NCBI RefSeq assembly: GCF_037042905.1
Contig: NC_087257.1
Span: 28,768,001 to 28,832,000, forward strand
Reading direction: 5' to 3'
DNA: 64,000 nucleotides
Origin: Lytechinus pictus
Taxonomy: Eukaryota
This document shows positions 36,662-49,900 of the stretch, in pieces (the first letter of the stretch is position 1; every line of letters begins with the position of its first letter). Below the pieces are notes generated by a model, which did not search any database, was not told where the DNA came from, and was given only the letters and a program-made list of their open reading frames with translations. Position numbers and translations under genes: made by a program.

Positions 36662-37395
36662 GGATTTTATGATAGGGATTGTAGATATATCAGAGATTAT
36701 TATGTTTGAAAGTCTTTCTCTGTTTTGTTTTGTTTTTAATTTGCTACATGTATATTGTTCTTTTGGTTCACAATTTTTTGGTTCTCAAACTTTGATATTA
36801 TCTCCATTATTATGTAAAGATGCTCCATGTCACTCTAATGGCTCCAGCATATATCGTATTGAGTAATGGAGTTCTCTTTGATAATTAAACAGTTGAAGCA
36901 ATGAAATTTTTCCTGTTTACTTTTCTGCAACGACTAAATGGGACCAATAAAGGGAGTTCTAAAACATACTTGAGGAAGTTCAGGACTCATCTGGTTATCT
37001 TTGGTTCAAGCCACACCTTAAGTCATGTCTTACAGATTGTTTATTTTGTTTTATTTTGATTTCAAACTTCACTATATCAGAAATTGTACAGGAACAATAA
37101 GTCATATTATTCACCACCTTAACTGTATTTTGTTACAATCTCTGTTCCAGGCTACTAGTATCGGAACAGCACATAAAATGCTATAAGCTGCACAGCGTGG
37201 GGTCATATCAATTCTTTCACACTTTTTTTCAGTTTGCTATTAGCAACTCTTTTCATTCTGGGTTTTCAGATATTACAAACTGATTCCTAACTTTGGCTAT
37301 TTTTTGTAAATCCTTCAACAAAAGTGAGTATGATGTAACACCGTAATATGATGGAGGCATAAATTTCATCTGCCAACAGTAGAGAATCCATCTAA

Positions 37396-37800
37396 AGCCC
37401 AGCGCTCACTATGCGATTCATTGCGATCGGAATTTCAAAGAAATTGTAATAATATTTAATGTGAAGATAGCAACCAATAAAATCTTAGCAATCTGAGATC
37501 AGAATAGTGGTAGGACTACTGAAATCAAAATTCATTCTAGTTCAAGCCTCCCTGAATTAATAAAAACAAATTCAATTCCAAATCGTAATGATGTCTTCAT
37601 CGGGTGCGACTTGAAGCCGATATGGACTTTACTCTGACCACATGGCTTGTCGCAAGTAGAATTATGATTTTATTTGTATTCCTAACATTATTCCGAACTT
37701 CAAAGAAAATAAATTGCTTGTTGGAATTTTCAAATTTGATGCAAAATGCGATTTATTTTAAAAATTGCGTCCTATCTGATCGCATAGTGTGCACTTGGCT
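37396..37800. mobile_element. PIF/Harbinger-like MITE, TAA TSD
   Basis: AGCCCAGCGCTCACTATGCGAT...ATCGCATAGTGTGCACTTGGCT flanked by TAA on both sides. Confidence 0.75.
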
Positions 37801-38054
37801 TAATTCTTTATGAATTTATGTAAATAACATGTATATACAAAGAGTGTAAATACTTCTATGATGTTTGTTTGTGCTTCAGACTTTATTCGATAAAGTTCAC
37901 ATTGTAAATAATTATTTATTACAAGCCTCCAGTTTGGGTAATTGATGTTTGTCTGGAGAAAAATGTATTCATCACCTTGATAATGGGACTACAGGTACCT
38001 TAAGACCACTGCACACCCTACGACTGGACTGCGACTAAATTTTGGAATAAAACG

Positions 38055-38283
38055 TTAAAGGGGAATCCAGCCTTGGCCATAAAATGTTGTGTTGGGAAGG
38101 AGAAAAATTAATTAAAACAGAATGGTGAAAGTTTGAAAGAAATCTGACAAGCAATAAGAAAGTTATAGCTGTTTTAAAATTGAGATCACTAATACTATGT
38201 AGATTTCAAATTGGCAACTGGGTAAGTAAAATATGACAAGAGGCAAGGACAACTTTCCCATAGGCCATGAACTTTATTATCAG
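38055..38283 (+). mobile_element. Terminal fragment of a Kolobok-like element (TTAA-AGGGGAATCC)
   Basis: Highly similar in reverse to 60853-61080. Confidence 0.7.
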
Positions 38284-38629
38284 TAGCTGTAGAATAGTTG
38301 GTATGGAATAATAGAAAGTGGTCTCATATTGTCTTAATTCCGTCCATGCATTTGCTAGATACATATATCTTTTGGCATTCCATCTATGTAATTTGGAGAC
38401 CTTCTGGTAATAAAATTAAAATGCCACATATCGATAACCATAGTCTCTTCAACATCCATAATTTTTTGGGGAGAACTTCCTGCATAGAGTGTGCACACAC
38501 ACTGCACACATAGGCCTGTCTTTTGAACCCCGGTTGGACTTAAACCATGGTCTAACTAAGTCTGGGCAAAAATTATGAGAAGATTGAATTAATGAGAATC
38601 TGTTTACATTGTAATTCTTGTTGTATTTA

Positions 38630-38770
38630 CTGGGCCCTGTTGCATGAAAGTTACTTCGCCATCCAATGGTATCTTTCCTGAAATCCTTGATTCTGATTGG
38701 CTAATTAGCATTGTTACCATGGTAGTTACCATTGAATCGCAAAGTTACACTTTCATGCAACGGGACCCTG
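38630..38770. mobile_element. Short MITE (GGCCCTGTTGCATGAAAG...CTTTCATGCAACGGGACC)
   Basis: Terminal inverted repeats with CTG flanks. Confidence 0.65.
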
Positions 38771-39710
38771 GGACCCTTCCCATGTTTTGATGGTAAAAAA
38801 ACTATTGTATTTATTATTTCATTTTTTAATGCTTTGAGTAAGGAGAACTCGTAAACTTACTCACTTTTCAGCATTCAATTAACAAAGATGTGGCAGATCT
38901 ATGAAGTTCATGAAGTTGTGCTTGATTTTACCAATGACTGGAACATTCCTTTGTTCAATGGCATACTTTAAATTTCCCTGCTGTTTTTAAACAAAGTGGG
39001 ATTGACTCTGTTTAAACACTTCAAATTTTGACAATTAGAAAGGTTTGCTTTCAAAAGCTTGTTAACAACCACAAATTCTATCTACCAAGATATGTAAATA
39101 TAGCCTGTGGGAATTAAGAGTATAATTTTGTAACCAAGAACATGTCCTAGTCATTTGTAAAGTTATGCTTAAAGTAAAGAACAGCAATGTTTAACAGACC
39201 GCTAATAATCTTTTTAAGGACAACAGACGCCAATGCCATACTCATAATGCCATTCATGCAGGCAGCCAGCATTTGTATTTCCATTTTCTCTCTGCCATTA
39301 TTGTACTTATAACTGCCAATAGTGAATCCTTTCCGTCCATATTTATATTCTTAATGAAATAAATCAAATATTTTATATCTTGTCTTTTGAAATGACTAGA
39401 GTTTCATTGATTCTGCATCAGGTAAGTCACATTTCAATGATCAAAATGACTTAATGAAGTGGGGCTGTATTAACCGATTGTGATGAGTGACATGTTCTGT
39501 TAAATCACTTTACTTTGGAGGGAATAGATATTTAATATATTGATGGCTTTATTTCATGGAATATTTAATACCAGACATATTGCACTATTGCCCTCATCTT
39601 TGATTCATGCAATATTCACCATAACGCTTGAATATCAATGGTATCCTATCCTGAGCCATCCAGTATAATATAAATATCATTTCGTGCAACCCCTACTCGG
39701 ATATTTATAT

Positions 39711-39850
39711 AATATTGACTGGCCTTGAGGGGAACATCAAATATATTGCCAGCAAAAGAATCATATTGCCCGAGTCTTTAGACAAGGGCAATATGGGTCT
39801 TTTAAGGGCAATATATTTGATGTTCCCCGAAAGAAGAGCCAGTCAATATT
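39711..39850. repeat. 140-bp imperfect palindrome
   Basis: AATATTGACTGGC..GGGGAACATCAAATATATTGCC..CATATTGCCC / GGGCAATATG..GGCAATATATTTGATGTTCCCC..GCCAGTCAATATT. Confidence 0.85.
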
Positions 39851-40406
39851 TTTATTATCATCCAAATCAGATATCTAGAGCAAAAATCATGATAATGGGG
39901 ATATTTCTTTTAAAAATAAAGTTCTATTGTGTCATGTTAATATCGGTAAAGGCTCTGCACTTTACCATTATGACGTACTTGCAAGCGCTCGGATCCAGCG
40001 TTGTCTTTATTATGACGTATATTGTTGGTGCGCGGTTCCTTATGAAGCGTATCTTTTTATACGCATCCACAAATGCCCGGATGTGAGACCAGGGAAAATA
40101 CAAAGGTATATTTTGCGTCGTCTCTGCATGCAAAGTAGATACATGCATTGAGACCGAGGAAAATACAAACAATATACCTACCCTTCCCGATATTAAGAAA
40201 ATGTAGGGCAATACGGTTTTGTAAATGACCAGCTCAGATGTCTGATACGGGTGATATTATTTAATAGATTGTCATCAAATCTTCAATGGTCATTCTATAA
40301 ACAAGTTCATTTGGTCATGAATTAAGGTAAGCTTGGTTGTCTTTATTCCTATTCTAAAGAAAAAGGGGGTAATTGAGTAATTTAGATACAAATACAACCT
40401 CAAAAA

Positions 40407-40942
40407 TGAAATGGACCTGGTGGATGTTTCATAACGCTGTTCGTAATTTACATACAACTTTACAAACGACTGCCGATCCTTTCTTAGGAGCTAAATCCAT
40501 ACCAATGATAATTGGCGGCAAGAATTTACCTCAAGGATCACCATTCGTAAAGTCGCTCATAATTTGAAAACAGGTGGGTGTTTCATAAAGCTGTTCATAA
40601 GTTAAGAACAACGACTGGTGAACCTTATGCGCTAAACCATCGCCAATGAACATTTTGGTGTATACCATTTACCACAAGACAGGATCACTTAAAGTTCGCT
40701 CATAATTCAAGAACAGCTTTCTGAAACACCCACCTGATAGTTGTTTTCTAAAGCTGTTTGTAAGTTAAAGGACATGTTCCCGGGGGGAGGAAGCTGTTTA
40801 GTAGATATTAACTTTAAGAACGACTGGTGATTTATTTCTTGTGGTAAATGATATTCACCATTAAATGTTCATTGGTGATTTAGAGCGCAAGAAAGGTTCA
40901 CCAGTCGCTGTTAACTTACGAACTGCTTAATGAAACGACCCA
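40407..40942. mobile_element. Three adjacent copies of MITE family A
   Basis: Copies at ~40407-40565, ~40571-40735 and ~40740-40942, each with TTTCATAAAGCTGTT / ACGACTGGTGA / TCACCAGTCG motifs. Confidence 0.8.
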
Positions 40943-40986
40943 CTGATTGAACCCTAAAATACAATGGATGGCATTCTGATAGACAT

Positions 40987-41225
40987 GGCATGGTGGCTCT
41001 GTGGTAGAGCAACCGTCTCATGAGCGGGAGGTCGTGGGTTTGATCCCGGCAGAGTAATTTCAAAGACTTTAAAACTGGGACCTTATACCTCCTGTCAGGC
41101 GCTCAATGTATGAGAATGGAGAAGGGTAGTAATTACATATTATGTAATGCAGGGCCCGCTGTAAGAACAGATTACAGCTGATGGTGGGTACCCTAGGTAA
41201 ATAAGAGGTACTTGTATTAATTAAT
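40987..41225 (+). mobile_element. tRNA-derived SINE (CAT anticodon-like loop) with Meta-domain-like core
   Basis: GGTGGCTCTGTGGTAGAGC...CTCATGA...GGGTTTGATCCCGGC then CAAAGACTTTAAAACTGGGACC...CCTGTCAGGCGCTCA. Confidence 0.7.
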
Positions 41226-41519
41226 ATCCTTATTGTAGTTAATTCTGGATTAAGTTAGACCACATTATATAAAGTGCCAGTCATCAACTCGTTCACCAAT
41301 TATAAATTATTCTCATCCTGCTGTAAAAAATGTCAAAAATTAATGAGTCCTAAAATGGGGAAAAAAAAGAAAATACCCCCAAAATATAATTAATTTTTAA
41401 GAATTTATTGATACAGCATAACTGCCATGAAAATGGAAGAATTATTATAAAGCTTAGCATTCCATAGAAGTATGGTTTAAACTTTAGTTTAGGCTAGGTT
41501 CAAGACTTATCAGAAGACC

Positions 41520-41815
41520 ACCTAATTCTGAAGTCAGGTTTACCATGGTCTAACTCTGTGCTAAATTCATGGGAAGCCAAGTGTCAAAATTATTAAGTTG
41601 TATGTTTCTTATTATCACTGCTCTTTCCTGATTCATCGATGGTGAAGACAATCATTTATTTATACTTCCTACACAATTATGAATGATTTGAGAGCCAAAT
41701 GAGCTGAAATATGATTGTTGATATCTCTACTGTTAGTGATTTATGTAACAATTGGCTATCCATACTTAAACCACAACATTCAACCTGAGTTTAAGTTAAA
41801 CCCGAATTCAGAGTA
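41520..41815. mobile_element. MITE family C
   Basis: TTCTGAAGTCAGGTTTA...TAAACCCGAATTCAGA; close to 55023-55333. Confidence 0.8.
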
Positions 41816-43603
41816 CTATCCAATGTGTCCAGCCCCCTTCCGTCAAAGATGCAAGTGATAGTGAGCATTCCATTTCAAGAAAAGAAATAAAACACAGTTA
41901 AACCAGGTTTCAAGAATCATAACCATTTTTTATTATCTTTTTATACCCCAAACATAATAATAACTAGATGAAGAAAGTTTTATATATATATATTTATAAT
42001 GTACACCTTTTCTAAATGAAGCAAAGGAAATTGATATAAAACAATCTCCTGCACATGTTTTCATTACATACATGTACATGATAGAAATTCAATTATACAT
42101 ATGCACGAAAATGAGAGAATTTAAATAAAAAATTTATGTCATTAAATCTTTCATATAGAGCAACTCATAATACAAGGACATATCTATGGTTAGTAAATTC
42201 TTTACAAAAACGTGAGGTTAAATAAACAGTAAGGATTTGATACACAACAATTTACAAAGATTTCTAATTTCTCATATTTTTTGGTACAAAATATTTTTCA
42301 TCATAAATTTCTCAGTATTGCAACTCATTCCTCACAACGAATGACCTTACAAAAAATATAATTGAACAGTAAAAAATACAAAGGCGTACACAATTGCTAC
42401 ATACAAACATGATCCAAAATGGATCTGGGTTAATAGTATTTTCTAATTTTATTTCTGTGTATCCATATTTGATAAATTAGTAGAACATTATTCACCCTCC
42501 AAGGGCTGAGAAATTACCTCAAACGAAATCAGAAAAATAACAAAGACAAAATTACTGGTATAATATGGTTCATTATTCCTTGCGTTGAAGGACTTTATGA
42601 TAGTGCCATTAAAACTCTTGTCTCTTCGCAAGACCAAATGATATATAATACTTCATCATCTATGGATTATCAGAGTTATATTGGGTCTGAATATCTGCAT
42701 ATTGAAAATTAGGAACAATTACCAGGAAATTAATAAAAACCTCTTACTTTTAGAGGTGAATTTAGGACTTTCATGCAACAACTTACTGTAAGTCGTCAGA
42801 AACTATACATTACTGCTCAAGTCTATTTGTTACTTAATTCATAAGGCTATTCGTATTCTGTGTCCATACACATATTTGCCTTATTACAAAGTAATATCAT
42901 ATTCTTGCAGTAGAATTATTATTATAATTATTGATCTATAATAAAAAAGACATATTATACAGTGACTCACAAACAGGTGTTGGAATGATTTTAAGATCTT
43001 GCTCATAGCCAGTTGAATGCTTGTCACCAAATTAAATAGATGGGCCTATATGCTTTCTGGTACCTCTAAATCCTCACGTTTTATGTTGGGGTTTTCCATT
43101 TTGCACATAACATACAAAGTATCCTGGGCTGAAGGAGAACTGAATATATATATTTTTAAGTAGGACTTTAATTTTGGGGTAAAATACAACTAACTATTAA
43201 TTGTGAAAGGCCTGTACTTCAATTATATACATGGAAAGTTAAATAAATCACAAAGTCATTGACCTTGCATGCTAAATGGCCTTGTACTGTGCTTGGAAGA
43301 TAAACCCTATAATATAATAATCTGAAATTTGGATAATAATCTATATTAGAAAAAGACAGAAAGGGGGAGCTACAAGTAAAAATGAAATAAAAAATATCAC
43401 AAAAATTGAGAAAAAAATGTGTGCACTACATTACATGTATCTCATAATGTTACAATTACAAACATTATTATGCAACATGCTATTCCTTCCAAAAAGGAAC
43501 ATTAATATACTAAATATTTTCTTAGAAAAAATACAATCATAAAAAATTCAATCTTTTTAATTTTTTTTAATTCTTCAAATGATGGAGAATAGCATAAAGC
43601 AAG

Positions 43604-43874
43604 GGCCTCGTCTTACAAAGAGTTATGATTAATCTGATCAAGCGCAACTATGGAAAGCCAGCAACGTCAACATCTAAAATACATGTCTGTTCAAAATATT
43701 TTCTAGAAATGACGTATGTTCATACATTAACTGTTTTCTTGACAATTCACTATGGTTCTCTTTGTTTTCAAAGGACATTGAGCAAAATTCCTAAAGAAAA
43801 AAATATGATATTGATGGATTTCCATATACCTGGGATTGATTGGATCAATAGTAATTCTTTGTAAGACAGGGACC
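43604..43874. mobile_element. MITE family B
   Basis: GGCCTCGTCTTACAAAGAGTT...ATTCTTTGTAAGACAGGGACC. Confidence 0.85.
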
Positions 43875-46800
43875 AGATCACAGACTTTGACTGATCTGAG
43901 AATCACTCACAAAATGATTCAATATCATATCTACACATTGTCATACAAACTCACTGATACAAGAAAAAAAATATTAAGAAATTGATGGAAAGCCCAGGTT
44001 TTCTTCCTATGCTTTTTATGTTTTTCTTACTTTTCATCTCAAATCTTTCCAACACTGCTATATTCACTTTCTTTAGTAATTTTACAAAGAGATGACTTAT
44101 AAAATATAAAGAATTATGCATCTCTTTGTATATAAAGCTGTGATATACATGTAGCACCCCTAAAATATCAAAACGATATTCAAACGATTGGCCACAACTT
44201 TTATGTGCATCCCAAAATCACTTCACACAAAGTGATCTTGAATATCTTTATAAGGGGGGGGGAGGTACTTTGATATTCTTCAAATATACTCCACGGGCAT
44301 TTGAAATATCACATTCAGGGCTAAAGTCTCTCATTCACCGAGTGCAAATCTCATGCCCATTTGGACCTTTTTTGCAATACTTTGTTTTTTATGAATTTCT
44401 ATTGATCACACTTCTTTGGATGCACCCAGATTGAGGTTTAACACTCAAAGTTTGGGGTCTATTTTGTGATGTGGCATCAAGGTTTAATTACTCATAAAAA
44501 AATCCATCAAGTTTTGTTTTATTGATGGCTGCCTTCTCTTTTTATCTTTATTTGATAAATGACTTTCTGTGTACAAAGCTATCCACATATATATGATGCA
44601 CCACTATCATCTAAGCGCCATCTCAAGCTGAATAGATGTTGGAACATAATGGTGTGAGCTGTATTGTTCATTTGCATTAATCATGCAAGCTTCATTCAAA
44701 ATGAGATTTGGATGTTACAGCATAATGAGGTTTGTACACTGTACTATAGCTACCTTTTTGCCAAAATCCTGTTTCTTACATTAAAGTCTTTACCTATTAC
44801 ATTACATGTAATGTAGCTTACGAGATGTGAACATTTCAATAGGTCTAGGAAACAAAATATGATTTGTAATCCTCACATAAACACAAGCTTTTGGTAACTT
44901 AGAGGGGTAAGTTATAAAATTGTGTTTGACACACAAAGCTTATACAACAACGCAACAATTTTTTCAACAAATCGGCTCCACGCAGTAAAGACATGTATTT
45001 GATTTTTCATCCTACACTCAGTGGTAAGTTTTGTGTAAACTGGTCCCAATGACAAGAAAATTACAAAACAAAATAACCTGATAAGGCATTCCAAAAGCAG
45101 CACTTTTCATTTCAGACTCATGAAAATATGACGTCTAATGATAACAGACTATGCATGGGAGTAAACAGGGAATACATGTTCTTGTCAAACCATGTAAAAT
45201 TCCTGAAATTAACCTTCAAAATTCTTGACCCAGACAGGTTTACATTTAATGAGTCAATTTTATTCAAACGTTCACCAACTTCCTTTTCTGATATTTTCTC
45301 TTTTCATTTCAACCAACTTTCCACTTGGATTAGATTCCCCTTTTTCAATTTAACCAGGGCTCCCAAACACATTTTTTTCCCATCAATTGCTAAAATAGCA
45401 ATGGCCAATCAAGATCATTGTTGGATAACCAGGAACCAATCAGAATTGCTCATTCATATTTAAAATCCATAGCAAACCTCTGTGTTACAGGTCCAGAGCT
45501 GTGTATAAAAGCCTTTGAGTGTGTCCACAATAATCATGGCATCTTAGGAATGTAGAACTAACTTTGCTTTCTTGTATTTTCAGTTTTAATCTCCTTCAAA
45601 AGAAAGCATTTTGTTAAGTTTAAACCAAAGATTATTAAACTCTTTGCATTTACTTGGAAGACAAAATAGAAATTAAGCAGCAAATCTTTTTTGAGTGACA
45701 TTCTATTTTAGTGCAGAAACAATATTTGAACCTTGTCAAGACCTAATAATTTGTACACGGATTGGTTTAATGAGGGTGTCTTTTTCAGAAAAAAAATAGC
45801 CCTTTTATATTCCTGATAATTAAGTAGCTTTATAGCTGAAGAAAAGGATAGTCAGTGGTTTTACATCATCTTCCCTATTCATGGTTGTGGGGGTGGGGAT
45901 TGCACTGATATTTATGGTAGGAGAAGAAGGGTTGAGATGTTGAGTATTCCTGCCGAGAAGTGCAACCCTATTAATAGCCTGGAATATTCTTGGTAAGGGT
46001 GTTAGGACTTGGGAGCTATCTATTCCCCTTCATTTTACAAATTTTATACCTCCATTCTTTAGTTTATATCTATCAGATTTCATTATTGTTAGATCCTATA
46101 CATTGCATTAGAATGTTCCAGTATTCTATACATGGGTGGCTTTGCAAATATATCAACCATCAGGCTTACATGTATATCAAAATGGCATCTGTATGCATTT
46201 TCCAAAGTGTTATACAGTATGCCTAAAATAGTGGATTCCCATGAATACACCACTTCAATAGCATGAACAGGAGGTTTGAGTTTGAAGTCAATCTTTAAGA
46301 ACAACTCATCACATTGGTTAGATCATGCTAGGGCGGTGCCCAATACTGACTAATCTACCAATGAGATTATTTGTTAAATATCACATGTGCATTGGGACTC
46401 ATGCAAGATGACTTTGAGTCACATTGAACCCTTCATGAAAAATCTCCTAGGACTCGTTCCCTTCGGTCTCAATTACTGATTTGCTGGGAGTTTGGAACCA
46501 GTGGGCCTACAATGAAGCCGTATACTATCCGAGAATGTCGCAGAATAAGTGAACAACGTTACATTCACCGCATCACCTGCATAGCATTCGGTTCTTCTTG
46601 GATTCTTCTTTTAAGACACATCATCGGAATATTGCAAGATAAATAATTGAACTTCTTCTGAGTATTAGAAAGATTCAAATATAGTAGTAGTATATGCTCT
46701 TGCTGACTTGACGCACCTCCAATGTATATATACATGAAGACTATAAAATATTCTTGTCATAAGTTTCTTTTTGGCTGTCTTCCACCAGAAAGGCCTACAG

Positions 46801-46946
46801 CAGGCATAAATTCTCCAAATGGACCCTTGCCAAGTGCTTCCTTCATGTTTTTTTTTACCAGCTTAGGTGGTACTGCATTGTTAGGATGGTTGGGCAAGGC
46901 AAGGACTGGTCCTTTCTGTCAATGGAGAGCCAGTGCATCAATATCC

Positions 46947-49900
46947 CTAAGCTACAGAAAAAAAGTGAAGATCCTATTGTCTTGGGGGTGCTGGGGGTTG
47001 CCCTCTCTTTGTACCTAATTTAAGAGATAGGAAAGAAAAGAAAATAGGCTCTTAAAATTAACAAATAAAAATAAAATGGATATTTATTTATTGATATCAA
47101 AGCAACAAACAAAAGCAAAGACAGATGCCATACTTCAAACCAAAACCAAAATGCAATTAGATTATAGTTGATGATTGATAGGTTAATGTATATATATGGG
47201 CAATCACACATCGACAGTTTAGATGGCGATTCAATGCAGTTTTTCCTCGACGTTGGATGCCATCAGAAATTGTGGAGTTTGGCCAATATGTATTCAATAG
47301 ATGACCACAAGGCTTGCATTGCTTTGTTAGGCAAGCACAATTCAAAAGATATCTGGAAATGTTGTTACCAACTGAAAGTGAATTGACCAAACTCTATAAA
47401 AAAAGAGCTGCATCTAACTTCAGGGCAAACCGCCATAAAACGGGCAATCGCCCCTTTAAGGGATGTGGAAACCCACTTTCAATACCTCGTCAGTTTGAGG
47501 ACTCTTCTTGTCAGTGCAGGAACACCCTTGGCAAAACATTTTCGCGCACCCCATCAGTGCAGAAACGCCTTTACACAATGCAATTTCATAATATACATGC
47601 TGCTAAGGGCGTTTTGCACCCATGCAATGCACTAAAGTGTGATGTTAAGGGCGTTCTTGCACCAACACGATGAACTGATGGATGTTCACCCTAATACCAT
47701 GTTGGTTCAATCAAAAGCGGTAAGAAGAATGGAAAGTATTAATCAACTCATCAAAGAATAAAGGATTTTCAATTTCCCAAACCATAACTGATAATAAAAT
47801 ATATTTCTGCTTTTTTTTTTAAACTCAACTTGACTTTAATAAGGGTGAGCTTTCATTTTAATTCTCTCAATTATCCAAGAGATAAATTGTGGTTTCTAAC
47901 TGGGTCCTAACATGCTCATTGCAATCGGTTACATCGTAATTGCAATAAATGGAGAAAAAAACTTCAAAAATAATGCAAATAATATTGGTGTATTTCTTGT
48001 TTCAATGTATTCATGGCTTTCATGCATACATGCAAGATACTTTAGCATACATGTTTCTTGGCTAGAAAATGGGAGGAAAAGAACAGATAGTACACTGAAT
48101 CTTCTAAACATGCATGGAAAATTCAGTATACATGCCCACTCTATAAACTTAAATGCTCTGTGGGTAGAAATCTTTTGCTGCAATATCAGACGCAAAAAAA
48201 ATGGCACATTTGCAATTGGTTTATTGTTGGTCATATCACCAGACTACTAAATGATGGATGTTTATAATAAGCAACTAAAGGACTGGCTGCTTTAAGTCCT
48301 TTCCGAGGGACCTTCATGTACCTGGTCATCATTATTGACATTAGTAAAGGGCACCTGGCACCAGCATTAGTTATTGAAAATACATGTATCAAACAAGGTC
48401 ACAGTGTTTCAACACCACTGCTTACAAATTACAGGTAGCTCAATCTTTCAAGTTTGCAGAGTTTAAAATGGATGAGGGTTCATATGGCTGCATTTCGAAA
48501 TATCTCTTTTGAGTCATGCAAAATTTGCCCATTAAAGCATTTTCTTTTTCCCTTGTTTAACTGAAATTAAATCACACCACATCAGGTGAATCATGCAAAT
48601 GAAAGTGTGCAGTTGAGGGGGGGAGGGGGGGTAGGGGGGGGCAGGCAGGGAGAGGCAGTCAGAAATTAAACATCATTCCAAATTCTGTTGCAGCTGCACT
48701 CACCGTTGGAATGTGCATTCGCTTGATCAGATGTAAAGTACATAGCGGAGTCTGATAGCGAAAGGGGCGGGGTGCAAAGAGGGTGCAAGAGAGAAGTACG
48801 ATCAAATCATATCAGGGAATTTTCAGTTTTACATGTAGATGTCGACATAGTGGACCATGGCAATACCGATACCATTGATAAAATTTACATTTACACTTTG
48901 TTATTCAAATGAGGAAGGACAACGTGACACTTCATTTGTAGTCCACAATGTTTTTGTTCTGAACTCATTTGGCAGGGAATGGGAACAGTTAAGAAATTAC
49001 AGCAACAATGAGAAAAAGATAAAAAGCATTCAATATCCATGACTTGAGAATAACAGTGCCCCAACAAACCGCTATGAAGAGTACTTTAAGTAAATTGTTT
49101 ATGGCAAGCATGGTCGTGAATTGTCAAAGCCAACTTGAACATTCAACATTTTTGTTCAAACCAAGTTACATGTACATAAGAATCAATAATATCAATACCT
49201 TTATAATAATAATTAAAAATATTAATAATTATAATAAATAATAATGATAATAATGATAATAACAATAATAATAACAATAATAAATGATAACAATAATGAT
49301 AAAAATAATAAAACAGTATAAATTTAAAATGATCATTAAACAAAACAAAATAAAATGTTTATGTAAAAGCGTTCAATGTTTCAAATGGTGCAATGAGATT
49401 GAATATATACAAGGTAAAGTGGCCAAGAGATAAAAAGGGAAGGATCTGGCCACATGAAGATTTGGACATATCCTGCCAATCTGAACATGAGCAACCTGTA
49501 AAGAACCTTTAGAATAATATTTTTTTCAAAAAAAAAATGTGGAGAACATTATATTTGAGCTATAATCTTTGTATTACGCGTACTTGCTTTTTACCTTATA
49601 CATGTATTCTGCATTTTTTTCTTTTATACATAAAGTCATCATGCTTTTGCTTCGATAACTTTTGTTACTGTATATGAAAACTTTTGTTTTCTGAAAGGTC
49701 AATATCAAACAATAGAAAATGAAATCAACCCAAATCAAGAAACAGAGTAAGCTATAAAATATTAATCATTTCACCACATTCCAGTCAAGGCTTTCACTAA
49801 TTCTTGATATTGATTGCAAAATGCCTTTCGTTTTCCCTTCTTTCTCTTTGTGCTTAAGAATTTGATATTTGTAACTCACATCACCAGTATTTCTGTTTTT

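Noticed and set aside
46755-46915. Open frame KGPVLALPNHPNNAVPPKL... as the WIP C-terminus
   Set aside because: Not in phase with the upstream phase-1 exons from the acceptors I can find; treated as 3' UTR.
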